Below are positions 25,133 through 37,328 of a stretch of 64,000 nucleotides of DNA, one piece after another (the stretch's first letter is position 1; the number at the start of each line of letters is the position of its first letter). Both the position numbers and the translations under genes were made by a program. The notes under the pieces were generated by a model. It made no database searches. It was given only the letters and a program-made list of their open reading frames with translations, and was not told where the DNA came from. Where the stretch lies: sequence record PQ330092.1; one strand, written 5' to 3'.

Positions 25133-25759
25133 ATGGAAAGACAAATAATTGCAATTAACGGTACTATTGGAAGTGGTAAAGATACTTTTGGAGAAACTTT
25201 TATTAATAATGGTTACACCAGAATGTCATTTGCAACTAATCTTAAAGATTCCGTTGCTGCTATTTTTGGATGGGATCGTGAAATGCTTGAAGGTTCAACT
25301 AAGGAAAGTCGTAAGATTCGTGAAGAACCGGACCAGTACTGGTGTGATAAGTTAGGTCGTAATGATGTATCCCCTCGATGGGTATTGCAGAATTATGGTA
25401 CTAATATTTTGCGTAAGTATTTTCATAATGATATTTGGGTATTCAGTTTAGAAAAATCAATGCAAGACATAGATGGAAATATCATCATCACTGATTGCCG
25501 TTTTCCAAATGAATTAAAAATGATTAGATCGAATAATGGGACTATTATTGAAGTTCAACGTGTTCTACCACATTGGTATGGTTTGGCGGCCTCTTATAAT
25601 AAAGGGGATATTAATATTAAACCAGTTGAACTAGAATCAGTACACGAATCTGAGTGGGCTTGGATTGGAATAAACAATCCTGATATAATTGTACAGAATA
25701 ACAGTACTATTGATGATTTACATAAAAAAGCAATGGACATTATTTATTCTAATACATAA
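25133..25759 (+). CDS. deoxynucleoside monophosphate kinase (T4 gp1-like)
   Basis: INGTIGSGKDT P-loop; PRWVLQNYGT; IITDCRFPNE. Confidence 0.85.
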   Translation: MERQIIAINGTIGSGKDTFGETFINNGYTRMSFATNLKDSVAAIFGWDREMLEGSTKESRKIREEPDQYWCDKLGRNDVSPRWVLQNYGTNILRKYFHNDIWVFSLEKSMQDIDGNIIITDCRFPNELKMIRSNNGTIIEVQRVLPHWYGLAASYNKGDINIKPVELESVHESEWAWIGINNPDIIVQNNSTIDDLHKKAMDIIYSNT

Positions 25760-25853
25760 ATTATAAACAATAAGGACTGGACAATTAAATCCTTCAATAA
25801 ATAAGACTATACGAATATATTTCGAATAACCAATTATTTTTGGAGGATTTAAT

Positions 25854-28517
25854 ATGGCAGGAGATCTACTCTCACCTGGCGTTTCCATTTCAGTAACTGA
25901 TGAAAGTATGAGTACCGCTGCTGCTCCTGGCACTGTACCACTATTTGTAATCGCTACTGCTGAAGACAAACTTGTCCCAGGAAGCAGTGCAATAGCTGCG
26001 GGAACTACTAAAGCAAACGCTGGAAAACTACAGCTTCTAACATCACAAAAAAGCTCACTTGATACCTATGGTACACCAATTTTTCAAATGAATAACGGTT
26101 CTGTTGTTCAAGGTGATGAACTAAACGAATATGGCCTACATGCAGTATATTCTTATCTAGGCATTACTAACCGTGCATATGTAATTCGTGCTGATATCGA
26201 TCTAGCACAACTAGCACCAAGTGCTGAAGCACCAACTGGCCCAGTATCCAATGGTACTTTGTGGTTTGATACCGCACAATCACAAGTAGAAGCGTATGTA
26301 GCGAAGAAAGATAGTCCAAGCAGTTTTTATGATTGGCAACTTAAGCCAGTAACTATTGTAAGTGCTGAAGAAGTTGAAGATGTAAGTCTAGTAGGTTTAA
26401 ATGTTGATGATTTAGTTCTACGTTACAAACCAAGCAATGGTCAGATGCTAATGTATAAACGTTCTGCTTCTGGGCTAGTGCAAATGGAAACTTATCTATC
26501 ACCAATTAACAAAGTTCCAGTTGGCTCAACTGTAGAAAAAGGTAACATTTGGATTCGTGATGGTTACACCCAAAATGGTTCAAACTATTTTGGTACTCGT
26601 TTTGTTATTAAACGTTATGCATCCCTAACTCAAGTTTGGAATATTGTACCAGCATATACTGGTAATTCATTCCAAGAAATTGAAGCGAAAAGTGGTGTAC
26701 TAAACAATAGTTATATCGCATCTCGTTTTGATGAAGATAGTAAGAGTTTCTCTTTCTATATTCAAAGTGCAAAACTATCAACAATTAGTGCTCCTGCTTT
26801 GCCACTTGGTGAAACTATTATTGAACAAGCAGGTGCTGATAGTTATATGACTTTTGTTTATTTGAATAAATCAGTTAAAGTACTAGCAGTTCCACAAGGC
26901 GGTGTTATTAATACCCAAACTATCATCAATAATCTAAATGCAAATGCTGAAATTATTAACGATGGTTTTAAATTTAAACGTGAAACTAATGGTGGTTTAG
27001 TTGTTTCCAATACAAAAGGTTACAGTTTCAAAATCACACAAAGTGGTGATGATATTTTTGCTGAATCTGAACTACAAAAACTAACAGTAGATAGTAACAA
27101 CTACTCTCTAATTAACGTGAATAACTTCCGTGTTAGTTATTCAGTACCACGTAGTGTAGCAAAAGAAGGAACTCTCTGGTATGATTTCGGGAACTCCGAT
27201 AATCTAACTGTAACTATGTATGTTGCTGATGTTGCTAATGATGAATGGGATCTAGTACAAGAAGAAAACAAATATGTACAAGTTGATGAACCAGCGGCTG
27301 ACCGTTTAATTTGGGTTTGTCCTTTGTCTCAAGGCATTGATGGTTATGATTTCTATCGTAACGTTGATGGTGAATGGGTTAAACTTGACAGTACTGATCA
27401 AAGTACACTAAATGGTATGATTTTCCAAGACTTTAATTTCCCAAGCCAAGTTCCTGCTGCGGCATTGTATCAAAATGGTATGCTTGCAGTTGACCTAGGT
27501 AACACTGAAGGTGTTGTTAAGAAAATGGTTAATGGTCAATGGGAAGTTGTTAGTGGTGTAAGTCTTGATGGTGCTGGCCTATTTGGTCGTGCTGCACAAC
27601 GTCAACTAGTAGTTGAAGCACTAGCTGCTGTTATTATTGGTAATGATGACATTCGTTCTGAATTTATTGATTTTAACCTAATTTGTGTACCTGGTTACGT
27701 TGAAACACTTGATGAATGTGTAACTTTAAACACTGATCGTAAAGAAACTGCATTTATTGTTACTGACGTTCCAGCACGTTTGAATCCAACCGGAAACGGT
27801 AGTGCTGTACAACAATGGGCTACTAATGCTAACAATGCACCAAGCAACGGTTCAGTTGGTCGTACAACTGCTTATGATTATGCTGCTCAGTATATGGGTT
27901 GGTGTCTAAGTACTAACGTTGATGGTGAAGAAGTTGCAGTTCCTGGTAGTACTATTGCAATGCGTACATATGCATACAGTGATAGTGTTAGTTATGTATG
28001 GTATCCACCTGCTGGTACAACTCGTGGTGTTGTAACAAACGCTGCAAGTACTGGTTTTATCAACAGCGAAGGTGAATATCAACCAGTAGTATACAACCAA
28101 GGTCAACGTGACGTTATGTATACTAACAACATTAACCCAATTGCAATGCGTCCTAACCGTGGTTTGCTTGTTTATGGAGATAAAACTCTATCTGCTAATC
28201 AAACTTCTGCACTAAGTCGTGTTAACGTTGCTCGTTTAGTTGTTTATATTCGTCGTCAACTAGAAATTATTTCCGAACCATTCCTATTCCGTTTGAATAC
28301 TCCAAGTACTCGTCAGGAATTTAGTGGTGTAGTTAATAGCTTCTTGGCTGAAATTGTTCAACAACAGGGTCTTTATAACTTCGCAGTGGTTTGTGATGAA
28401 AGTAACAACACCGCAGAGCGTATTGACCGTAATGAACTTTGGATGGATATTGCAATTCAACCAACTAAGAGTATTAACTTCATTTACGTACCAATCCGTA
28501 TCGAGAAAACTCAATAA
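25854..28517 (+). CDS. tail sheath protein (gp18-like) with large internal insertion domains
   Basis: LLSPGVSISVTDES; WYPPAG..RG; NINPI; ALSRVNVARL; ERIDRNELWMDIAIQPTKSINFI. Confidence 0.92.
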   Translation: MAGDLLSPGVSISVTDESMSTAAAPGTVPLFVIATAEDKLVPGSSAIAAGTTKANAGKLQLLTSQKSSLDTYGTPIFQMNNGSVVQGDELNEYGLHAVYSYLGITNRAYVIRADIDLAQLAPSAEAPTGPVSNGTLWFDTAQSQVEAYVAKKDSPSSFYDWQLKPVTIVSAEEVEDVSLVGLNVDDLVLRYKPSNGQMLMYKRSASGLVQMETYLSPINKVPVGSTVEKGNIWIRDGYTQNGSNYFGTRFVIKRYASLTQVWNIVPAYTGNSFQEIEAKSGVLNNSYIASRFDEDSKSFSFYIQSAKLSTISAPALPLGETIIEQAGADSYMTFVYLNKSVKVLAVPQGGVINTQTIINNLNANAEIINDGFKFKRETNGGLVVSNTKGYSFKITQSGDDIFAESELQKLTVDSNNYSLINVNNFRVSYSVPRSVAKEGTLWYDFGNSDNLTVTMYVADVANDEWDLVQEENKYVQVDEPAADRLIWVCPLSQGIDGYDFYRNVDGEWVKLDSTDQSTLNGMIFQDFNFPSQVPAAALYQNGMLAVDLGNTEGVVKKMVNGQWEVVSGVSLDGAGLFGRAAQRQLVVEALAAVIIGNDDIRSEFIDFNLICVPGYVETLDECVTLNTDRKETAFIVTDVPARLNPTGNGSAVQQWATNANNAPSNGSVGRTTAYDYAAQYMGWCLSTNVDGEEVAVPGSTIAMRTYAYSDSVSYVWYPPAGTTRGVVTNAASTGFINSEGEYQPVVYNQGQRDVMYTNNINPIAMRPNRGLLVYGDKTLSANQTSALSRVNVARLVVYIRRQLEIISEPFLFRLNTPSTRQEFSGVVNSFLAEIVQQQGLYNFAVVCDESNNTAERIDRNELWMDIAIQPTKSINFIYVPIRIEKTQ

Positions 28518-28523
28518 AACACT

Positions 28524-28549
28524 AAGGGAACCTTTTGGTTCCCTTTTTT
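28524..28549 (+). terminator. Rho-independent terminator
   Basis: aagggaacc-tttt-ggttccctt then T-run. Confidence 0.9.
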
Positions 28550-28596
28550 ATTGATTAAAATTAAATACCTTTATATTGATGTTATAAAGGAACATT

Positions 28597-28852
28597 ATGG
28601 ATATGGAAGAAATACTAAAAAAAACAATACAAGATGTCAGTAAAATAGTTTTAACTCAGTTGGAATCAGTACACATACTAAATATATTTTTAAAAAATTT
28701 GGAAGATTGTCGGTATAATTGAAAAATACGAAGTATACACAAATGGGAAATGGTCTATATCAGTAAACTATATTGACCACACTAAACGAAAAAGATACTT
28801 ATATTGTGTTAATATTAATTGGTTCCCTGTTGATGACACTTTAGTTAATTAA
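28597..28852 (+). CDS. probable ~84-aa protein split by a one-base frameshift in the A6 run at 28692-28697; absent from the ORF track
   Basis: TAAATA at 28562, AAGGA SD, ATG 28597; dropping one A gives ...IFLKIWKIVGIIEKYEVY...DDTLVN-stop, filling the gap exactly. Confidence 0.45.
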
Positions 28853-28912
28853 AAATATACTTCCAGATAGATAAATAATATAAAGATGTCATTCCATAAT
28901 AGGAGAATATAA

Positions 28913-29599
28913 ATGGCTACAATGCTTGATCGATATGGCGTACCGCTCGCTGGCGGTGGTCGTATCTCTATGAAACAACCAAAAGCAAAATACAAATTTC
29001 GTGTTATTTTCTTTGGTTTTGGTACTAATGATGATGGTAATATGATTACACTAGACACCAATACAGTTGGGGCAGTATCTGTATCACATGAAAATGTCAC
29101 TGTTCATAGTTACAACAGTTCTGCACACTATAAAGGTAAGTACACTTGGGATACAATTGATGTTGCTTTCCGTGACTCAGTAGGTAATGCTTCTGCTAAA
29201 GCACTATACAACCAAATGCGTAAAGAATTCAACTACTACAGTCAAGAATCTCGCATGACTGATTCACAATTTAAATTCGAAATGTGGATTCAAGAACTTG
29301 ATGGTTCTAATAGTGAAAATACAACAAACTTGTTTGAAGGAACATTGAGTACTTGGGTATGTCAAGGTTGCTTTATTGAATCCAGCAACTTTGGTGATTG
29401 GGATTATTCCTCAAGTGAAGCACAAGTTATTTCAATGACTGTTCAACCAGATGGTTGTGCTAAATTGGGTCCAAATGGCGAAGCGTTCGGTGATGAAGTT
29501 AGTGGCTTCGGTAATCCATCAACTGCTACCTCTATTTCTGGTGCACAAACTAATATTAGTAGTACTACTCTACCAGATAGTAACTTCTACGAAAATTAA
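28913..29599 (+). CDS. tail tube protein (gp19-like), copy 1
   Basis: KQPKAKYKFRV; YKGKYTWDTIDVAFRD; follows sheath; AGGAG SD; TAAATA at 28872. Confidence 0.8.
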   Translation: MATMLDRYGVPLAGGGRISMKQPKAKYKFRVIFFGFGTNDDGNMITLDTNTVGAVSVSHENVTVHSYNSSAHYKGKYTWDTIDVAFRDSVGNASAKALYNQMRKEFNYYSQESRMTDSQFKFEMWIQELDGSNSENTTNLFEGTLSTWVCQGCFIESSNFGDWDYSSSEAQVISMTVQPDGCAKLGPNGEAFGDEVSGFGNPSTATSISGAQTNISSTTLPDSNFYEN

Positions 29600-29620
29600 T
29601 TTTATTTAAACTTAATATAT

Positions 29621-29648
29621 AGCCTCGAATCTATTCGGGGCTTTTTTT
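29621..29648 (+). terminator. Rho-independent terminator
   Basis: agcctcgaa-tcta-ttcggggct then T7. Confidence 0.85.
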
Positions 29649-29694
29649 ATGCTAAATAAAGTATAATGCCTTATAAAATAAAAAAGAGGTTGCT

Positions 29695-30471
29695 ATGGCA
29701 AATAACATGATTAATAAATATGGCGTTCCTTTACCATCGGGGCGTAATCGTTCAATGCTACAACCGAAAGCAAAATACAAGTTTCGTGTTATTGTGTATA
29801 ATTTCGGTACTGATATAGATGAACGTGATCACATCGCATTAGATGTTGATAAAATTGATAGACCTACTGTAACATTTAGTACTCATAAACTATATCAATT
29901 TACTACTAATACTTCCTATATAGGTAGTCATGATTGGGAACCAATTACAATATCTATCCGTGATTCAGTTGGTAATGCATCAGCAAAAGCATTATCACGC
30001 CAATTACAAAAACAACTTGACTTTCAACGCAGAATAACTTCAAGAAGTGACCAAGATTATGGTTCTTATAAATTTGGTTTGGTTATACAGATGTTGAGTG
30101 GACGTAACTCAGATGATACACTAGGAAATCTAGGAAGAGATACTCTAGTAGATGCTGCAACTGCTGCAACAAATAATTCTGGCTTAGTAAATGCAGTAGA
30201 TCAATTTATTGGTGGTTCTTCATATAACAGTGCTGGTGTTATGGAATACTTTGTTTTAACCGGATGTGTTATTCAAAACATATCATACGATTCATTAGAT
30301 TATAGCTCAAGTTCTCCAGTTGAAATGGTAGTTACTATCAAACCAGATAATTGTATACAATTTGATAATATTGAAGAAATGTATAGTACCAGAATTAATT
30401 CACTTTTACCTGAAAATGTCAATCAAGGTTTAGATATCATTGATCGTGTTTTTGGTAGTGTAGGATTTTAA
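29695..30471 (+). CDS. tail tube-like protein (gp19 paralogue), copy 2
   Basis: KYGVPL..G...LQPKAKYKFRV and IRDSVGNASAKAL nearly identical to copy 1; TAAATA at 29653. Confidence 0.75.
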   Translation: MANNMINKYGVPLPSGRNRSMLQPKAKYKFRVIVYNFGTDIDERDHIALDVDKIDRPTVTFSTHKLYQFTTNTSYIGSHDWEPITISIRDSVGNASAKALSRQLQKQLDFQRRITSRSDQDYGSYKFGLVIQMLSGRNSDDTLGNLGRDTLVDAATAATNNSGLVNAVDQFIGGSSYNSAGVMEYFVLTGCVIQNISYDSLDYSSSSPVEMVVTIKPDNCIQFDNIEEMYSTRINSLLPENVNQGLDIIDRVFGSVGF

Positions 30472-30482
30472 GGAGATAATGA

Positions 30483-32590
<2,108 letters not shown>

Positions 32591-32617
32591 CTTAAACGAC
32601 CTTATGGAGTTATTAAA

Positions 32618-33154
32618 ATGAATAGATTACAACAAATCCTAACTGAAAAGAAACCAGTTTATGAATACCGAGTTAAGTTTGCAGTTGAACCAACACCTGA
32701 ACAACTTAGTAAAGTAACACAGCGACTAATGGATCGCTATGATGCGTTTGAAATTGGAGCACTAAAGAAAACAATTTTTATGGAAAAACCATTAGATTTC
32801 TATGAATTAGATTGTGGTGAAATTTGGATGTTTGACTTTAAATGTCATCGTGGCGTTCAATCAAATGTACTAATGTATGAAATTGGCAATTTACTAAGCA
32901 TGACAGAAGCATTGATTCGTGTTCGTAGTAAAGATGAACCTCGTCAAATTGAAATGACTGATTTGGAAGATGATATCGATTTTGATGATGTTGATGAACC
33001 AGTTATTGGAGTGGATTTTGGCAAACCAGAAGACAGTTATGACTTAGCTGGACAACAACGTGCAGACACTGCCGTTGATGATGCAATTGAAGCATCGAAA
33101 AAAGACAATAAATACTCTCAATATATGAGTGCTGGTTTTGGTAAAAAGGATTAA
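32618..33154 (+). CDS. hypothetical virion/prohead protein
   Basis: TAAATA at 32584, GGAG SD; ILTE motif near N-terminus. Confidence 0.65.
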   Translation: MNRLQQILTEKKPVYEYRVKFAVEPTPEQLSKVTQRLMDRYDAFEIGALKKTIFMEKPLDFYELDCGEIWMFDFKCHRGVQSNVLMYEIGNLLSMTEALIRVRSKDEPRQIEMTDLEDDIDFDDVDEPVIGVDFGKPEDSYDLAGQQRADTAVDDAIEASKKDNKYSQYMSAGFGKKD

Positions 33155-33157
33155 CAC

Positions 33158-33700
33158 ATGAGTATACTTAATGAAATGTTAGATTATGAAGACAATGAGT
33201 TAAATGAAGCTCGTCCTTATAGTCGTTCACAAAGTGCAGTTGATAGTGCAAAAGGAAAAGTAAAAGGCTTTTTTGGTAGTGGACAGATTGAACAAGGTGC
33301 ACAAGAAGTTGGTGCTGAAGCCAACCGCTTATGGGCAGAGTTTAAACGTTATGTTGGACGTAAATATGGTAAAGCTCAACCATCAGTACCTTACGCTGAT
33401 GTGGCACAGTTTTTTAAAGGTAACAATCTTGATATTAAACATTTAGGGAACAATCCTCGTCGTTCTTTTACACCAAAAGATGTAGGTACTGCTCTATTAA
33501 ATGCTGCTCGTGATATAATGAATGACTACCGTGACCAACAAGGTGGCGAAGAAAGTTCAGAATCACAACCATCACAATCGACCTCAACTGAGCAACCAGC
33601 ACAACAAGAACAACCAAAAGCACAAGGTTCCAGTATCCCTGATGCTCTACAAAAATTAAGTCCAGAGCAACGCGACCAACTGTTACGTATGCTTTCTTAA
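33158..33700 (+). CDS. hypothetical internal head protein
   Basis: ILNE and ELNE motifs; Gln/Ser-rich linker. Confidence 0.65.
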   Translation: MSILNEMLDYEDNELNEARPYSRSQSAVDSAKGKVKGFFGSGQIEQGAQEVGAEANRLWAEFKRYVGRKYGKAQPSVPYADVAQFFKGNNLDIKHLGNNPRRSFTPKDVGTALLNAARDIMNDYRDQQGGEESSESQPSQSTSTEQPAQQEQPKAQGSSIPDALQKLSPEQRDQLLRMLS

Positions 33701-33713
33701 GGAGAATCAACAC

Positions 33714-35231
33714 ATGGATAATTTTTTCAGTACTGAAACTACCACAGTTCCTAATGGATATGTATATACGTCACATACTGGTGCAAAATATGTATTTCTT
33801 GAAGGATTCTGGTTCAATGACAATAATATGTTAATGGTAGACCCTAGAAAATACCCATCCATGTACGCAAGTGCTCGACAACAGATTGTCGAGCACAATC
33901 TAGCTTCAAATGAATATAAGATTGGTAACAAATATATTGTTGAAGGTAAAGAGTGTACATTTATTGGTGAAAACCGTTTCAATTCAAAAGATGGAATTCT
34001 ATTAACTGAAAGTGAATTCATCACTGAATTAATGGCAGATGATCATCGAGTATATAATGTTTCTAAAGAAACACTACAAAAAGAATGGAATGCATTAAAA
34101 TTTTACATTCTTCCACCATATGCTGATGATATATCAATTCCAGCAGGTATGGAAGTAAGTGGTTTTAAATTTGTTCCAAAGAATCACCGTTTTGTTGATA
34201 TGAAATCAGGCCGAGCAGTTGATCCAGCAATGACCCGTAAACTATCAGATGAAGGTATGCGTATTGCTCGTCAGTTAGCTTCTAAAAATAAACTAATTCC
34301 AATCAAATCAACCTTAGTACAAGGCAATACACGTTGTGAGTGGAATGGTAAAGAATTTTGTGATAATGATGGTAATGTAGTAATTCCAGAACAAAATGCA
34401 CATGCAATTATTAATGCATATCAGCAATTTGTTAAGAATAACCCAAGTGATTTTCCAACATTAACGGGTGAACAAGAACATAGTGAGCAACGTTTTGGTT
34501 CAGGTGAAAAGCCACAACAAGCTTCACAACCTGCTAAACAGCCAGTATTTGCAACTAAAGAATCAATTAATGAAGCAGATGAAGAAATTGAAGAATTTGA
34601 AAGCATTACTGTTCCTGACGGTTATAGAATGACTTCTTCTAAAGGAAAAACATACGCTAAGAAAAATAACTTGTGGTATGATATCGAAAGTAAAAAGCAA
34701 CTTAACACAAGTGCTTCTAAAAGTGTTGAACGAGCAGCACAGCGTGATATTTTCCGTCATAACAATTCCGGTGCTATGAAAATCGGTACAAAAGTTAAAT
34801 CCAAACAAGGCAAAGAATATTCGTATGTTGGTGGTGACAGATTCATTAGTGCTGATGGTAAGTTTATACCAAAAGCAACTGCTGCTAAATTACTTGCCAA
34901 ATATGAACAAGATAAAGAAGTTAAAAGTGATGAAACACCTGAAGTAGACTCTGGTACTGAGCAAATTCAATCAAAAGAAGAACCTAAGAAAGAACCAGAA
35001 TCTGAACAAAAACCAGACGAAGTTTCTGAACCAGAAACTAAATCTGAAACAATTGCTGGTGATGATGTACAATCATTAGCTTCTAAAATTAAAGAGTCAC
35101 CTTATGCTAAAAAAATCACAGTACTACTAACTCGTGGTGATGAGGTTTCTCTACTTGCTGCTGACATTTTACTTTCAGGTAAAAAGGATGAAACAGTGCA
35201 AATTTTAAAATCATTAAATAATAATGATTGA
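33714..35231 (+). CDS. hypothetical internal head protein with three copies of an ~85-aa domain
   Basis: TVPNGY.YTS..G..Y / SIPAGM / TVPDGY.MTSSKG..Y repeats; AAGGAG SD. Confidence 0.7.
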   Translation: MDNFFSTETTTVPNGYVYTSHTGAKYVFLEGFWFNDNNMLMVDPRKYPSMYASARQQIVEHNLASNEYKIGNKYIVEGKECTFIGENRFNSKDGILLTESEFITELMADDHRVYNVSKETLQKEWNALKFYILPPYADDISIPAGMEVSGFKFVPKNHRFVDMKSGRAVDPAMTRKLSDEGMRIARQLASKNKLIPIKSTLVQGNTRCEWNGKEFCDNDGNVVIPEQNAHAIINAYQQFVKNNPSDFPTLTGEQEHSEQRFGSGEKPQQASQPAKQPVFATKESINEADEEIEEFESITVPDGYRMTSSKGKTYAKKNNLWYDIESKKQLNTSASKSVERAAQRDIFRHNNSGAMKIGTKVKSKQGKEYSYVGGDRFISADGKFIPKATAAKLLAKYEQDKEVKSDETPEVDSGTEQIQSKEEPKKEPESEQKPDEVSEPETKSETIAGDDVQSLASKIKESPYAKKITVLLTRGDEVSLLAADILLSGKKDETVQILKSLNNND

Positions 35232-35253
35232 TAACTAAAAGGATTTATTTAAA

Positions 35254-36234
35254 ATGGCTAAAAAAATTAATGAAGCACAAGTTAAAATCGATATCGCAGG
35301 TTTAGAATCTGATGATTTGGAAACACTATCACGTATGTTAGCTCTTGCTGGTCAAGCTGAACGTCAAGACCCAGTAGTTGCTGCTCCAGTACCATCTATG
35401 GGGTCTATGACTCCATCTCTTCCACCTATTGCTCCACTAGATCTCGATTCTATTGGTGCTGAAGAAGAAATTGGTGGAATTGAAACTTCAGTTGAAGACC
35501 CACTAGCAGCGGCAGTTGATGATCTTTCCGCTGATGTTGGTGATTTTGGTGCTGACACAGATGAAGTTAGTATGGATGCTGAATTTTCAGAACCAGGTGT
35601 AGAAGGTGAAGAAGATTTTTCTCTTGACCTTAGTGGTCAACCTCAACTAGAATCAGTTGAAGAAGACGATGAGGAAGAAGAAGAAATTATTGAAGAAGAA
35701 TTCGATTTTAGTCGTATGCTATCTCTTGCTGGTATTAACGAAGAAGAAGACGAAGATTTTTCAGTAGAGGGTAATCCTGCTACCGATAAAGAAATGAAAG
35801 ATACCCAATTTTTACCAGATCTAAGTATCTCTGAAGATGAAGAACCATCTAACAGTACTGATTATGGTCCATATGAAACCGAAGCTGATGCCGTTCGTGA
35901 TGGGCAACTAAAGACTAATGGTGTTGAAGGTGACCATTTTGTTGTAATTGCAAAAGGCAATCAATTTTATTGGAGACGTGTTGTAGATGAAGATCTTGAC
36001 AATCGTCCAGAACCTGAGTATTATGATAATGAAGGGAACGAAAATCGTGTTCATAAATTTGAACCAAAATTCCCAGGCACTGCATTAGGAGATAACCCAC
36101 TAAATGTTAATGAAAGTGAAGAAGATGATTCACCTGAAGGTAACATTGACTTGGAAGATGATTCTGATGAAGAAGTAGAAGATATTTTTGAAAGTCTCCA
36201 AGAAAAATACAAGAAATTTTTAGGAGACAAATAA
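35254..36234 (+). CDS. very acidic prohead core/scaffold-like protein
   Basis: Glu/Asp-rich; many [ILVF]xE motifs (INE, LES, VNE, FES). Confidence 0.6.
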   Translation: MAKKINEAQVKIDIAGLESDDLETLSRMLALAGQAERQDPVVAAPVPSMGSMTPSLPPIAPLDLDSIGAEEEIGGIETSVEDPLAAAVDDLSADVGDFGADTDEVSMDAEFSEPGVEGEEDFSLDLSGQPQLESVEEDDEEEEEIIEEEFDFSRMLSLAGINEEEDEDFSVEGNPATDKEMKDTQFLPDLSISEDEEPSNSTDYGPYETEADAVRDGQLKTNGVEGDHFVVIAKGNQFYWRRVVDEDLDNRPEPEYYDNEGNENRVHKFEPKFPGTALGDNPLNVNESEEDDSPEGNIDLEDDSDEEVEDIFESLQEKYKKFLGDK

Positions 36235-36235
36235 T

Positions 36236-36631
36236 ATGCAATATAATTATCGTGAACTAGTTGAAGCGTTAGACGAAATTACCGGAAGAGATGAAGACGA
36301 AAGTTTTTCAGTTGAAGTTGAATCCGATGTTGTAGCAGTTGATGTTCTTAAGGATATTACCAAATGTCTTATTGATATTGTTGATAAGATTAAATCTGGT
36401 GAAGACCAAAAAGAAATTGTAGATAAACTACAAAAAGCCTGTGACATTTTGTCTGACATTCGATATAATGATGAAAGTACTGAAGTTGCTGATGAAGAAG
36501 TGTTGGAAGCCATTGCAGGTTGTTTTGGAACTGAAGGTATGGGACCAACAATTGACAAAGAAGGCGTACAACACTATAATGAGCCTGGTGCACCATCTTA
36601 TGCTGCACGTCAAGGTTTTGTTGGAGACTAA
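36236..36631 (+). CDS. acidic hypothetical protein
   Basis: ORF track; coupled to previous gene. Confidence 0.7.
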   Translation: MQYNYRELVEALDEITGRDEDESFSVEVESDVVAVDVLKDITKCLIDIVDKIKSGEDQKEIVDKLQKACDILSDIRYNDESTEVADEEVLEAIAGCFGTEGMGPTIDKEGVQHYNEPGAPSYAARQGFVGD

Positions 36632-36634
36632 TAT

Positions 36635-37015
36635 ATGTTTCCAGAACCATCACATAACAGTACTGAATATCAAAATAATGTACTTTCCAAAGTTAGGGAA
36701 GTACATGAATCAGATTCAGAAATAACAGACCGTATGCTTCTGATGTCAATTTTTGAAAATTTCAGAACTGGCGGTGGTTTACGTCTTAGCAAGTTTGGGT
36801 ATGGAATTTGTAAAGAAAATAATCTTTATGAATTTACAAAAATCCCCTTGCAAAGAGAATTTAAAAGTTCTATAATGTTTACATCACTTGACAGAATATG
36901 TACTTCACCTTATTATGTTGAAGGTCAGTACATATATCTGACAGATGCAATGATAATAACTGAATTAACATTGTGTTGTGATGATTTTAAACAGTTATTT
37001 TCTATTCATATGTAA
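36635..37015 (+). CDS. hypothetical protein
   Basis: GGAG SD; GGGLRLSKFG. Confidence 0.7.
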   Translation: MFPEPSHNSTEYQNNVLSKVREVHESDSEITDRMLLMSIFENFRTGGGLRLSKFGYGICKENNLYEFTKIPLQREFKSSIMFTSLDRICTSPYYVEGQYIYLTDAMIITELTLCCDDFKQLFSIHM

Positions 37016-37038
37016 GAAAAATGAATTAAAAATAAATG

Positions 37039-37159
37039 TTGACAAGATAGAATGATGTGATACAATAAGCATCAGACATAAAGTTTTCAAGCGACACAAG
37101 ATGTGAGTTTGAAAAAAAAGAAAAAAAGTGATTGACAAGTTGAAACGATGTGATATAAT
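37039..37159 (+). promoter_or_regulatory. tandem strong early promoters
   Basis: TTGACA-16-TACAAT (37039-37066) and TTGACA-16-TATAAT (37132-37159), both with GATGTGA before -10 and A-tracts upstream. Confidence 0.85.
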
Positions 37160-37328
37160 GTTCACATCAAGACAGCAAAGAGATTTACCTTTTAAACACA
37201 CGGATGATTCATGAAGTAACAAAGGAACTGATAAGTTAAATTATTTTAACACAGTTCCTTTACTTTTGCCCACGGATTGGCTATAATAGAAACTTAAACG
37301 ATTTTATCCAACAAAAGGAAATATATAC

